64,000 nucleotides of DNA from an uncultured Verrucomicrobiae bacterium. GTDB taxonomy: Bacteria; Verrucomicrobiota; Verrucomicrobiia; Chthoniobacterales; JAFAMB01. The stretch spans positions 70 through 64,069 of the forward strand of contig CAWEGF010000013.1 in the NCBI GenBank assembly GCA_963808535.1, in the 5' to 3' direction. A model generated the notes under the pieces. It saw only the letters and a list, made by a program, of their open reading frames with translations. It ran no database searches and was not told the origin of the DNA. Positions 1-11,294 of the stretch are shown piece after piece. Within the stretch, counting starts at the first letter, position 1, and every line of letters starts with the position of its first letter. The translations under genes and the position numbers were made by a program.

Positions 1-135
1 GGCACGAGAGTTCGAATCCGGAAGGAAGAATACAAATGCCGGAATAAGAAATGGAAGAACCTTTTTAAATTCGGGAACACTGTGTCCTCTGGGTCTTGGT
101 CGTGAGACATTGAATGCCTCCGTGTTCTCCGCCCT
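1..135. repeat. Short hairpin copy (truncated by the window edge) of the 'ACCACAGAG / CACGGAG' inverted-repeat family (family 2)
   Basis: GGCACGAGAGTTCGAATCCGG ... TTCGGGAACACTGTGTCCTCTG ... CCTCCGTGTTCTCCGCCC resemble the arms at 26528-26870 and 36530-37060. Confidence 0.4.
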
Positions 136-470
136 TTAACTTTTATTTGCTCGATAGAGGGCAGGTTAGTTTTCAGCAACAGCTCTCGCAACAGATCGGA
201 GCTTATCCCGCTGCCAATCAGTACGCGACAAAGTCGGCTTGTCTAGCTAGCGGAAGGCAGCCCCGAACTTTAAAGACTAATAAGTCAGAATCAATTTTTT
301 GGCGGTTTCGTTTATCAGCCTTTGATTCGAATGCTCAGCCAAATCTTTTTTATTCCGGCCACCATCACTTACACCCCCACTTTCCTCCCCCTTGGCGGAG
401 TCTTTTTTTTAAACTTTCCATAGACTCAACCTAATTTTCAGCTAGAAAATGATCTAACCCCTTCGAACAT

Positions 471-1955
471 ATGACACAAATTTTCTCTGCAGGATCCGGA
501 TCTGTTCCACCACCGAGCGGACGTCGCCGGGCGTTGGCGTTTAGCAACGCCGATAATGGCGCAACGTTGGAAGTCAACAATCCCGCCACCGGGGAGGTTT
601 AGGCACAGTTCCTATCGATGGGTACCGCAGAAACGCGGCGTGCGATCGACGCGGCTTAAAGCTTGGGGCGATTGGCGTCGCAAGCCGGCCAAAGAACGCA
701 GCGCCCTTTTGCGAAAGTGGCATGATTTGATGGTGGCTAACATGAAGGATATCGGAAAACTGATGACCGCGGAACAAGGGAAACCACTGGCCGAAGCGAA
801 AGGTGAAGTAGCCTACGCCGCATCTTTTATCGAGTGGTTCGCCGAGGAAGCCAAAAGAGTCTATGGAGATACGATTCCTTCGCCTTGGAATGACCGCCGC
901 TTGGTGGTGATCAAGGAGCCCATCGGAGTTTGTGCCGCGCTAACGCCCTGGAATTTTCCAGCGGCCATGATCACCCGCAAAGCCGGGCCGGCTTTGGCCG
1001 CGGGTTGTACCATGGTGGCCAAACCAGCCAGTTCTACCCCTTTCTCAGCCTTGGCGCTGGCGGCTGTTGGCAGAGCGGGCGGGGATCCCGGCCGGCGTTT
1101 TCGTGTCTTGACTGGTGGCCTTCCGAAGAGATCGGCGGAGAGATGACCTCTAATCCCGACGTGCGTAAGTTGACGTTTACGGGTTCCACCGAGGTGGGTA
1201 GTGTCCTAATGAAACAGAGCGCCAGCACCATCAAGAAGCTTTCGCTGGAGTTGGGCGGCAACGCGCCGTTCATCGTTTTCGACGATGCAGATCTCGATGC
1301 CGCGGTCGAAGGAGCGATCATCTCCAAATACCGCAATGCCGGTCGAACCTTGTCCTTGTGCCAACCGTCTTTATGTCCGAGACCGGTGTTTACGATGCTT
1401 TTGCGGAAAAGCTCGTCGTGGCCGTCAAAAAACTTAAGGTTGGCAATGGTTTTGAGCCGGGGGTTCTCCAAGGTCCGTTAATTGACCAGGCCGCGGTGGA
1501 AAAAGTTGAGGAGCATATTCAAGACGCCGTTTCGCAGGGAGCCCGTGTTATCCCTGGGCGGAAATCGCCATCCTCTTCGCCAAACCTTCTTCGAACCGAC
1601 CGTACTGGTTGGTGTCACTCCTCAAATGAAAGTTGCTCGCGAAGAGACTTTCGGAGCCCCTCAGCCACTGCGCTTTTTAGGTTTGAGACCGATGAAGAAG
1701 CCATTAACATGGCTAACGATACCGAATTCGGTCTCGCCAGCTATTTTTACAGTCGCGATACTCGGTCGAAATTTGGAGAGCTGCTGAAGGGTTCGAGTGT
1801 CGAATGGTGGGCATTAACACCGGTCTTATCTTCCACCGAGGTTGCCCCGTTTGGGGGGGTCAAACAATGGGGGTGCGGGTCGGGAAAGTACACACTATGG
1901 TATCGAGGAATTCTTGGAGGTGAAATACCTCTGTTTCGGCGGCCTTAATAGCTAG
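471..1955 (+). pseudogene. gabD: NAD(P)+-dependent succinate-semialdehyde dehydrogenase (aldehyde dehydrogenase family), at least 5 frame changes as sequenced
   Basis: ORF pieces 556-1146, 930-1481, 1358-1948 and 1482-1787 carry consecutive ALDH segments in different frames: EQGKPLAEAKGEVAYAASFIEWFAEEAKRVYGD; [23 protein letters not shown]; [11 protein letters not shown]; [18 protein letters not shown]; FEPTVLVGV..AREETFGAP; DTEFGLASYFYS. The N-terminus (ATG 471, ..VNNPATGEV) and the end (EFLEVKYLCFGGLNS*, stop 1953-1955) are readable in yet other frames. Confidence 0.8.
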
Positions 1956-1965
1956 ACTTTTTCCA

Positions 1966-2792
1966 ATGTCTGCTGCCAATTCAGCTGGCCTCGGTAACGG
2001 CTGGTTGTTAAGGAACCGAGCAACCACCGCTTTAATCACCAGCAGAGAGTACCCAGGTCTTGGCCTGGCGGTTGCCAAACGCCTCGGGCAGGAGAAGGCG
2101 CGTGGAATCGTTATTAGCGGGCGAAATGTCGAGCAGAGGTGAAGACGCAGCTGTCCAGGTCCGCGCGACCGGCACCGATTGTCTATTTGTGCCGGCAGAT
2201 GTCTCCAGAGCGGACGACTGCCACCGGCTCATCGAGACTTCTTTGAGGCATTTCGGGACGGTCAACAGTCTGGTCAACTCGGCCGCCCTGACCGATCGCG
2301 GCACCCCTGCTCGATACCACTCTCGAGTTGTGGGACCGGCATTTTAATACCAATGCCCGTGCTCCGTTCCTGACCATGCAGGGCCTGGTTAAACATTTAG
2401 TCGATACCGGCCAACCCGGAAGTATCGTCAATATCATCTCCATGGCTAGCCACTGTGGGCAATCCTATCTGACGCCTTACTCGGCGTCGAAAGGGGCCCT
2501 GGCTACCCTAACGAAAAATGTGGCTAATGCCTACGCCCGACAAAGGATACGGTGCAATGGCATCCTGATCGGATGGATGGATACTCCCGGTGAAACCGCG
2601 ATCCAGCAGCAGTTCCACCGGGCCGGCGACGACTGGTTGGCGAAGGTCGAAGCCGCTCAACCGATGGGGCAACTGGTCAAGCCGGATCAGGTCGCCGGAC
2701 TGGTCGCTTACCTGTTAAGCCCGGAGTCCGGTGTTATGACTGGGGCCTTGGTGGACTATGATCAGAATATGGCGGGAGCCTATTCCGAATGA
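1966..2792 (+). pseudogene. Short-chain dehydrogenase/reductase (SDR), frameshifted (at least 3 breaks)
   Basis: ATG 1966 gives ..ALITS.., where the Gly-rich NAD motif is broken. Piece 2060-2347 has FVPADVSRADDCHRLIETSLRHFGTVNSLVNSAALTDRGT. Piece 2328-2792 has SIVNIISMASHCGQ and the catalytic YSASKGAL motif. Confidence 0.7.
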
Positions 2793-2935
2793 GGGATTTC
2801 AGAAGTTCGTTTTCTAATTGGTTGATCATTGACAGCGCTAAGCCGTTCTGGGCCTCTCATTCAAGCTTAAGAGTCCCTTTTCGTGCTCTTTACTACCACT
2901 ACCTACTCACGCTAGCACTCCCTACCCCCAGGATA

Positions 2936-4072
2936 TGGAAATTGACACCCGCTTCCCAACTAAACTCGATACCGTTTCCGACGCCCCGGAACCATTCCGC
3001 AGTGGTTTGAGTAGAAAGTTTACCAACCGGAACGCCAGTCTCTTTATTGGTCTACGCTCCCTCTTTTCCCACCGGAGATGATGAATCACCGGCGACGCTG
3101 TTCGGCGGTGACTAACAGCGGTTGGCTCGTCGCCACGGAAACCGAAGAGGGCAGCGTCACTTTGGAAAAATCCGACTTAACGGCACTTTTTGTTTCCTTG
3201 AAACTGGCTGCTATTCTTCTCTTGGGTCAGTTAAGAATTTCCTTTGTCGCCTCAGAGGTGTTGCATTCCGTAACCATCAAGTTTGAGTCGGTCTGGGATG
3301 AGTTTTATCGCGAGGCCATCGATCTGATGCTGGCGGGCATCGAATCCGACCCCGCACTGCCGTGGAGCAGCCAGAACCGAAAAGACCTTCCGATATTTAC
3401 GACTTGGCCGATGAAATTCCGGAACGAAGCGCAGCGCTATTGGCCCAAGGGTCAGGCCTTGCTGACCGCCGTCCAATGGCCCTCTACCCAAAATGCGCCC
3501 GCTGCCGCCGTGTTGATCACTGAACGTGAACTGGTGCTGATCTCGGAAGGACAAAATTCTTCGGCCGAAGCCTCTCCGGAAACAGGTTTCGTCGAAGAAT
3601 CTCCTGACCTGGAAAATTCCTCTTTATGCCGAGACTGCCGGGTCGGGAACTTCTGAGCCGCCATCAATCCCGCACGCGGAAAGCGCCGATCTCGATGATG
3701 GCACGCTCCCCGGCGACGTCTCCGAGTTCGCCGAAATCGTCACTTTTGTTCCTAGAGCTCGGCTGGTTAGTTTTCAGGTGACCCATCAGGACGGATTAGG
3801 GGTTCTTACCCTCCAGGTTGCAGGCGCCTCACGGGAACGAAAAACTGGAGATCCTTTTTCCCGTGGACGACGAAAAAGTCGTTTCCAAGGCGATGGAGCA
3901 GGGGTTGCACCCCGGGGCTCCGCAACTTGATCTATTAGTTTCCATCGCCCGCTGCTCTCGTCATAAATCTCAGAGTGACTCTCCGGCGATCCGTTTCCTG
4001 GTTGCCAAGGATCGGAACGAAGAACGGCGCCGAATTAAACGACGCTTGGAAAGCCACTGGCGAAGTGCGTGA
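2936..4072 (+). pseudogene. Hypothetical protein, apparently one gene split over several frames (ORF pieces 3078-3656 and 3818-4072 plus short linking pieces)
   Basis: ATG at 2936 (MEIDTRFPTKLD..). The long piece 3078-3656, a linking frame (..FAEIVTFVPRARLVSFQVTHQDGLGVLTLQVAG..) and 3818-4072 read as a continuous protein only if frames are switched. I recognise no family. Confidence 0.3.
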
Positions 4073-4262
4073 GAGTGGGCAAAAGGGGGCGCTGCAAAAC
4101 GGTCCCACTTTTTGTAAAACTTCCCTTCCAGATAAACTACTAATATCCTCGACAGGAACCTAACGGGAAGTAACCTTTTCCTTGTCGTTATTATTAAAAA
4201 ATTTCGGATTTTCCGCTCTGCTTTGCAGATCTATCCCCAAGCAAAAGAAAGAAATCAAAGTA

Positions 4263-5206
4263 ATGAAGCTCGTTAAAGTTTTCCTCCCAGGCGATTGCCA
4301 TGATGGCGATGGCCATGGGCGGTATCTCCGCCCTGGCCGCGACAAGGTCAGGATTGGCGTGGCCATGGCGCTATTCGACGATGTCTGGCTGACGTATGTC
4401 CGCGATGCCATGACCAAGTGGGGCGCGGCTCATCCCGATGTCGAACTCACGATTGTCGATGCCGCCAATGATACCGCGAAGCAGGTGGGTCAGGTGGAAA
4501 ATTTCCTGGCTCAGGGAATGGATGCCGTAATCATTCTTCCAGTGGATACCGCCGCTACCGGACCCATGACCAAAGCCGTCGTCAAAGCCGGTAAGCCTTT
4601 GGTGTATGTCAATCGGAAGCCTTCGAATCTGCCGAAGGGTGTAGTTTATTCCGGCTCCAAGTCGATCGAAGCCGGAATCATCAACATGGAAGAACTTGGT
4701 AAGGCGATGGGCGGAAAGGGTAATCTGGTTATCCTGATGGGGGAATTGAGTAACGAAGCAGCTCTCGGCCGAACCGACGGGATCAAGCAAGTGGTCAAGG
4801 AAAAGTTCCCGAATATCAAGATCGTCCGCAAACAGACGGGGAAATGGAAGCGGGTAGAGGGCAAAACGATCATGGAAAACTGGCTGGCTTCCGGCCAAGA
4901 GATCAACGGTGTCGCCTCCAATAACGATGAAATGGCCTTGGGTGCCTTGCAGGCCATCAAGGCGGCCGGGAAGCTCGGCAAAATTCCGGTGGGTGGGACA
5001 GATGGAAGCCGTGACGCTTTAGAGTCAATGGACAAGGGGGAACTGAACAACACCGTGTTTCAGGATCCGGTGGGTCAAGGTAATGAGGCCGTCAATGCCG
5101 CCTATCTCTTGGTCAAGAAACAACCTAATCCCAAAGTGGTGGACGACAACATCGGATACCTTACCAGCCCGTGACCAAGGAAAACTACAAAACCTTCATG
5201 AAGTAA
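4263..5206 (+). pseudogene. Sugar ABC transporter periplasmic substrate-binding protein (RbsB/MglB type), frameshifted near both ends
   Basis: The mature domain (RIGVAMALFDDVWLTYVRDAM.., ILPVDTAATGPM, GGTDGSRDALESM) is a type-I periplasmic binding fold. A signal-peptide-like QAIAMMAMAMGGISALAA is readable only in another frame at ~4290-4345. The C-terminal [15 protein letters not shown] (stop 5204-5206) is in a third frame. Confidence 0.8.
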
Positions 5207-5268
5207 GTCTTGCCTGGCCACTGTCGATCGGGTTGATAGACAGTGGCCATTGGCGAGAGGATCTGGCC

Positions 5269-6761
5269 ATGGAAGACGAGTACCTGCTCCGGATGGAGGG
5301 CATTTCCAAGCAGTTCCCGGGGGTCCGTGCACTGAGCAATGTCCAGCTCAAGGCCCGCCGGGGTAAGGTCCACGCCTTGATGGGCAGAACGGGGCCGGAA
5401 AATCCACCCTGATGAAGTGTTTAATCGGCATCTACAGCCCGGATTCTGGTACCATCTCTTTCAAGGGCGAAAAATTGAATATCACCAATACCCACTATGC
5501 TTTGTCGAAGGGCATTTCGATGATTCACCAGGAACTGAGTCCGATTCCCCAGATGACCGTCGCTGAGAACATCTACCTGGGCCGTGAACCCACCGCTTGG
5601 AACGGCTTGGTTGATATGCGCAAGATGAATCGGATGGCCACCGAACTGTTGGACCGGCTGCACATTAAGATCCAAGCGACCGCTAAAATGTCCGGGCTTA
5701 GTATCGCCAATATTCAGCTCGCCGAAATAGCCAAGGCCGTCTCCTATAACTCGGACTTGATCATTATGGATGAACCTACCTCGGCGATCACCGAGGCGGA
5801 AGTGGAAGGACTTTTCAATATTATCAGGTCATTGAAAGCCCAGGGATGCGCGATCATCTATATCACCCATAAAATGGACGAGATCTTCAAAATAACCGAT
5901 GAGGTCACGGTCTTCCGGGATGGTCAATACATGGGCACGGACGCGACGGCTGATCTGACCCATAGTATCCTCATCGAAAAGATGGTTGGCCGCACCTTAA
6001 CCGATATGTTTCATAAGGAAACAACAGATCTGGGATCTGTTTTCCTCGATGTGCGAAACTTGAGCGGGAAAGGATTTCGTAATGTTAGTTTCCAGGTCAG
6101 GCGCGGCGATATTTGGGCCTTGCCGGCCTGATGGGGGCGGGGCGCACCGAACTGCTGGAAGGGGTGTTCGGGGTAACCCGGGCCATGGTGGAACCATCAA
6201 GATTAACGGAAAGGATTCTAAATCAAGTCCCCGGCTGATGCCATTCGAGGCGGTATGGCCTTACTAACTGAAGACCGGAAACTGACCGGATTGTACCTCA
6301 ACGCCAGCGTTCGCGAGAACATGTTCATCGCGAATATCAATGAATACGTGTTGGGGCCGTTTATCAAATTCGGGAAAATCGAAAAGGATTGCCAAAAGAT
6401 GCGGGGTTTGATTCGCATCAAGACGCCTAGCCTGATGGAAATTGTCCGAACTATACTAGGAGGCAATCAACAGAAGGTACTGATTTCACGTTGGTTATGA
6501 CCGAGCCGGATCTGCTGATCCTGGATGAACCGACGCAGGCATCGACGTGGGGACCAAATGGGAAAGTATCGGTTGATGACTGAATTTGTTCGCTCCGGCA
6601 AAGCGATTATCATGATCTCGTCGAAAATGCCGGAAGTCCTTGGGATGAGCGATCGAATGATCGTGATGCACGCCGGAGACGAGATAGGTGGACTTTCGCG
6701 CCAAGAAGCGACCCAGGAAAAGATTCTTCATCTGGCCAGTGGGATGAGTTCGACCGCCTAG
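5269..6761 (+). pseudogene. Sugar ABC transporter ATP-binding protein with two ABC domains (RbsA/MglA type), at least 4 frame changes
   Basis: [22 protein letters not shown]. Walker A is broken at ~5385 (..GRTGPENPP / LMKCLIGIY). LSIANIQLAEIAKAVSYNSDLIIMDEPTSAI. The second domain is spread over other frames ([63 protein letters not shown]). Confidence 0.8.
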
Positions 6762-6773
6762 AAGGGAGCGTTC

Positions 6774-7790
6774 GTGGAAAATCCTGCAGTAACATCCGCA
6801 GACAAGGTTAGACAGCAGCAACAGAGGCGCACCAGCTTTCGAGTATCTTCAACGAATATGGGATTTTTTTCATTTTCGCCGTGATGATTTTGGTGGCCTC
6901 GCTGCACTATCCAGCTTCGTAAGACCGATCAATCTGATCAAATTGTGCGTCAGATGTCCATCGTTGGGTTGATCGCTCTTGGTGTGACCGGGGTAATCGT
7001 CAGTGCCGGCATCGACCTTTCGTCTGGCTCGGTGGTGGGCTGACGGCCGTCGTGGCGGCAGCCTGGCTCGGGCGCCCGAAAATTCAACCGCCTTTTATCC
7101 TGGCCTTCGCCTTCCTTGATCGTCCCGGTAATAGCGCTTGCCTAGTCGGTGCGTTAGTCGGTTTGATAAATGGCAGCTAGGTGGCGAAACCCGATCCCGC
7201 CATTCATCGCTACCTTGGGCACCTATACGGCCATTCGCGGCCTCGCCATGCTCTATACGGGCGGGCGTGATGTTCCGATATGACGGATGACTATAATTTC
7301 ATCGGACAGGGGGCGTTTTCGGGGCTCCGGTCCCTATTTTATTCTGGGGGTCATGGCGGTCATAACCCACATCCTTTACGCCCACACCAAGTTCGGGAAA
7401 TACATTTACGCTATTGGCGGTAACGAACAGGCAGCGCGGGTTTCCGGCATCGACGCAGCCAGGTACAAGATGCTTATCTACGTGTATGCCTCTTTCCTGG
7501 CAGGGTTGGCTGGTCTGGTGGTTTCCTCCCGGATCGGTACCGGGCAACCGGGCCTGGGCGTTGGCTACGAACTTGATGCCATCGCCGCCGCGGTCATCGG
7601 CGGCACCTCCCTTTCGGCTGGCGGAATCGGAACAGTGGCTGGCACCATTGTCGGTGCCTTAATTATCGGGGTCTTGAACAATACCCTCGACTTGATGAAC
7701 GTCTCGGCCTTTTGGCAGCAGATCGTCAAGGGCTGCATCATTGTCGGCGCCGTTATTCTGGATCAGCTCAAGAATCGCGGCGGTCGATAA
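6774..7790 (+). pseudogene. Sugar ABC transporter permease (RbsC type), frameshifted
   Basis: GTG 6774 follows GAAGGGAG. N-terminal pieces are in changing frames (..[28 protein letters not shown]..). The intact C-terminal piece 7287-7790 reads [52 protein letters not shown]. Confidence 0.7.
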
Positions 7791-7878
7791 CCCTCGTCAC
7801 CTGGTCATCAAGCGAAACTTTGGTTCACCACGCAAAAGAGTTGAAGAACCGTTCGCCATTCCGCATTTAGTTTTGGAT

Positions 7879-8076
7879 ATGACCTACAAAGACTTCTATG
7901 CCCAGGCAATGCTGAGCTCGTTGCCGATCGCGTACTCCGTCGAAAAGGACCTGCTCCAAGGCCGGGAACCAACGCCGGAGAATGTCGCTCAGGGTGCGTC
8001 ACAGCTCGCCATGGCCTTAACTGAGTTGCTGGCCGGCACCGTCGAGAGCGTTCCGAATGCTAATGCACAGGTTTAA
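7879..8076 (+). CDS. Small hypothetical protein (65 aa)
   Basis: Open frame only (MTYKDFYAQAMLSS..). No recognisable motif. Confidence 0.2.
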   Translation: MTYKDFYAQAMLSSLPIAYSVEKDLLQGREPTPENVAQGASQLAMALTELLAGTVESVPNANAQV

Positions 8077-8143
8077 CCCCGAGGTAGCGTCTCACCAGCG
8101 GGAGCCATCCCGCCGTCGCCAATTTCGGGTTTTTAAGGGGTGA

Positions 8144-8809
8144 ATGAAATCCGGACTTATCTTCGATTTCGATGGGGTGATTGCCGACAGTGAGGTCCTC
8201 GCTGGCACTATCTTAGCCAAATTCGTCAGCGACCTCGGGTTAGAGACCACCCTGGACGAAGCGCTGAATCGATATGGAGGAAAGCGGTGGTCGGACATCA
8301 TGGCCGCTGTCGAAGATGGTTTCGGGCAAAAGCTGCCGGCAGGTTTTTCCGAGAGACTCAAAGAAGCGACCTTGAGCAGCTTCCGCCAGGATCTGAGGGC
8401 CATTGAAGGCGTGGCTGGTTTCCTTAAACAATTCCGGGAGGTGCCGCACTGTGTTGCCTCGTCAAGCTCCCTCGATCGCCTGATTCTCTGTCTCGATATT
8501 CTTGGACTGGCCAAGGAATTCGGGAACTTCGTTTTCAGTGCCGAGATGGTCGCCCGTGGGAAGCCATTTCCAGATGTCTTTCTCTTGGCGGCGGAGCGAA
8601 TGAAGGTTGACCCGTTTGATTGCATCGTCATCGAAGATAGCGCCAACGGCGTCCGAGCTGGCGTAGCAGCTGGCATGACGGTGATCGGGCTTTGCGCAGC
8701 TTCACATCTTCAACCCGGACACGCCCAGCGACTTATGGCAGCTGGCGCCTCTTACTCCGCCAATAGCTGGAACGAAGTTTCGGTAATTGTCTCGTCCCTT
8801 TGCCGATAA
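8144..8809 (+). CDS. HAD-superfamily hydrolase (beta-phosphoglucomutase-like, subfamily IA)
   Basis: N-terminal nucleophile motif LIFDFDGVIADSE. Later CVASSS and the IVIEDSANGVRAGVAAGM motifs. Confidence 0.8.
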   Translation: MKSGLIFDFDGVIADSEVLAGTILAKFVSDLGLETTLDEALNRYGGKRWSDIMAAVEDGFGQKLPAGFSERLKEATLSSFRQDLRAIEGVAGFLKQFREVPHCVASSSSLDRLILCLDILGLAKEFGNFVFSAEMVARGKPFPDVFLLAAERMKVDPFDCIVIEDSANGVRAGVAAGMTVIGLCAASHLQPGHAQRLMAAGASYSANSWNEVSVIVSSLCR

Positions 8810-8938
8810 TCGAGCGGCAGAATTCCATTCAGACGTCTGTTTTTAGGAAATTGCCGAAGCCATCTTTTTCTCATTTGGGCAAACAGACTCCGGGTTGCGC
8901 TCGACAAACCGGCGCGAAGAGCGTTTCAAAGCAGTTGG

Positions 8939-9522
8939 ATGATTTTAAACGATAAGCGAATCCGCGAGCTGGCTCAAACCTACAGGATGATCGACCCTTT
9001 TCATCACGGCCTCGTTTCCTCCAATGACCAGGGACCCATTTTAACCTATGGACTTTCTGCCTTTGGTTATGACATCCGGTTAAGCCCCGAAGACTTCCGA
9101 ATTTTTCGCCATCTTCCCGGCAAGGTGGTTGATCCGAAAAATTTTAATCCCGGTCATGTCGAGAAGGCTGAACTGCTGGAGGACCAAAGCGGCAAGTATT
9201 TTATTCTTCCCGGAAATTCCTACGGTCTTGGAGTGGCCGTCGAAAAGCTCAACATCCCGGATGACACCGCCGTCCTGGCGATCGGCAAGAGCACCTATGC
9301 TCGCTGTGGGCTCATAGCAAATCTAACGCCTGCCGAGCCCGGATGGCGCGGACATCTCACCCTGGAGTTTTCCAACTCCTCCCCGGCGGATTGTCGCATT
9401 TACGCGAACGAAGGCGTTGTGCAATTGCTTTTTATGACGGAGAACCCGCCGAGACCAGCTACAACGCCCGCGACGGAAAATACCAGGACCAGAAGCTGAG
9501 GAAACATTCCCCAGAGTTTTAA
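8939..9522 (+). pseudogene. dcd: dCTP deaminase, C-terminal frame change at ~9445
   Basis: MILNDKRIREL.., GLSAFGYDIRL, STYARCGLIANLTPAEPGWRGHLTLEFSN. The conserved tail ETSYNARDGKYQDQ is readable only in another frame that ends at 9522. Confidence 0.85.
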
Positions 9523-9631
9523 CCAGAGCAGGAAAGTAGTGCGCCGTAGGACGGGCCGCACGCGATACTCAATCTGTGCCCAAGGGGCTAAAAGCATAGC
9601 CTAATGGTTCACCCCATAAGCGCTAACCTAA

Positions 9632-10315
9632 TCAAAGCCTCGGCGCGGAAAATGTATTTCCTCCCCGGAGGGGACGGTGCGATCGTAGCCTGAAACCAAA
9701 GGCCCGGGAAAGCTCATAATTGCCTTCTAGATATGTTCCGCCTAATGCTTGACCGTTTTTCGTCGCAATGCCGGCTTTCAGGCTCTTGATGAACCCATTG
9801 TTGATCAAGGCGTTTTCGGCTCCGGGGTTGACAGCCAGGTTGATGCCGGCGCCCAATCCCGAAACCACGTTCCCTGCCGTATCAAAGCCGGTGCTCGACA
9901 TCGCGCAGTTTTGAATCAGGGAGTTCGTCGTTTGAACCAGGGCGATCCCAAACTCTTGCTCATTGGTGAATCTGACTCCGGTGGCTCGGCTCGGAAGTGA
10001 AACCTGGAGCCTGGTCGCCGCTGAATCCGGATATTTGCGGCCTAGGCTTGATAGCTGGTCTGATCTTACGTACGAAGCGGAAAATCCATTGCTAGCCAGG
10101 CTGATGGGTTAGGGGCACGCGGGCAAAGCGCTCAATCCAAATGTCCGGAGCGCCACCTGTTGCGGCCGCGGCGGTCCCAGTGCGAACCCGGCTTCGGCCA
10201 AAGCTGCCTGAATCGGGTACCGACCGGGTGGGGCCATGACGGCCCGAGTCCCGTGGCGGAAGGTCAAGAGGTCACGCAAGGTGACCGGTCGCTGCAGCGG
10301 AACAATGTCGTCCAA
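9632..10315 (-). pseudogene. Probable remnant of a beta-lactamase-related serine hydrolase (no N-terminal SxxK part, frames broken)
   Basis: Piece 10109-10315 has VTLRDLLTFRHG.., followed in another frame by ..HQPG.QW... This resembles the mid-region of class-C-like serine hydrolases. The divergent msrA starts only ~85 nt upstream, so no room remains for the catalytic N-terminus. Weak call. Confidence 0.3.
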
Positions 10316-10398
10316 ATCTGCTTCGATGGTTCGCTTAATTGCTGTTTATCAGTGATTATGGCAGACTATCGAGCGAGAAAAACAGGAGGAATTCAAAA

Positions 10399-10912
10399 AT
10401 GACTGGTTCGACTAAACGTGCGATTTTTGCCGGCGGGTGCTTCTGGGGCATGCAGGATTTGTTGCGGCGCTATCCAGGCGTGCTCTCGACGCGCGTAGGC
10501 TATACGGGCGGTGATGTCCCCAACGCAACCTATCGCCAGCACGGAACCCATGCCGAAGCGATCGAGATCGTCTTTGATCCTCAGACCGTCAGTTACCGGA
10601 AACTTCTGGAGTTCTTCTTCCAGATTCACGATCCGACCACGCTCAATCGTCAGGGCAACGACCGAGGAACCAGCTATCGTTCCGCTATCTTCTACACGAG
10701 CGAAGAACAGAAGCGGATCGCGAAGAGACCATCGCAGATGTTCATTCCTCGGGGCTTTGGCCTGGCAAGGTGGTGACTGAAGTGGCTCTTGCCGGTCCCT
10801 TTTGGGAGGCCGAACCGGAGCATCAGGACTATCTGGAAAACTTCCCGATGGCTACACCTGTCACTATATCCGGCCGGGTTGGAAAATCCCAAGCCGGGCC
10901 CACGCTGGCTAA
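10399..10912 (+). pseudogene. msrA: Peptide-methionine (S)-S-oxide reductase, two frame changes in the C-terminal third
   Basis: AGGAGGA 8 nt before ATG 10399. [15 protein letters not shown].., [19 protein letters not shown]. The tail ([18 protein letters not shown] / [13 protein letters not shown]) lies in other frames and ends at 10912. Confidence 0.85.
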
Positions 10913-11294
10913 CTCGCCGATTGGGCCTTAGGCTATCTTTGGTCAGGATTGCTAAGCTCGAAGTTACCTGGTAAAGACTTGGACTGGTTCTGCCCCGAAG
11001 GCTGCAGGGGCGGCAGATATCGTGCCATGTGATGTGCGAGATTCCTTTTCTGCTGCCCGATGGCAGGCATCAGGGCAGAGCGGTAAAATGGGGTTCCCAG
11101 GGTAAACCTTGGGCTATGCTTTCCTGGCCTTTCAGGCCGCAGACAGGGTCCAATCGGCAATTCCAGTCAGTCCCGCCTCGTTTAACTAACCAAACCGAGG
11201 GAGATAAAATGCCGTTTCCGCGGCCTGAAGGGCCATGATGACCCCACATCCAACGTCACCGAAAATATCCAAAGACTGCTCCGATCCTTCAGGC

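Noticed and set aside
9-20. GTTCGAATCC looks like a tRNA T-loop at the window start
   Set aside because: The flanking bases cannot form a T-stem or acceptor stem, and the segment aligns with the family-2 repeat arm (GGCACGGAGGTTCGGAAAT type) instead.
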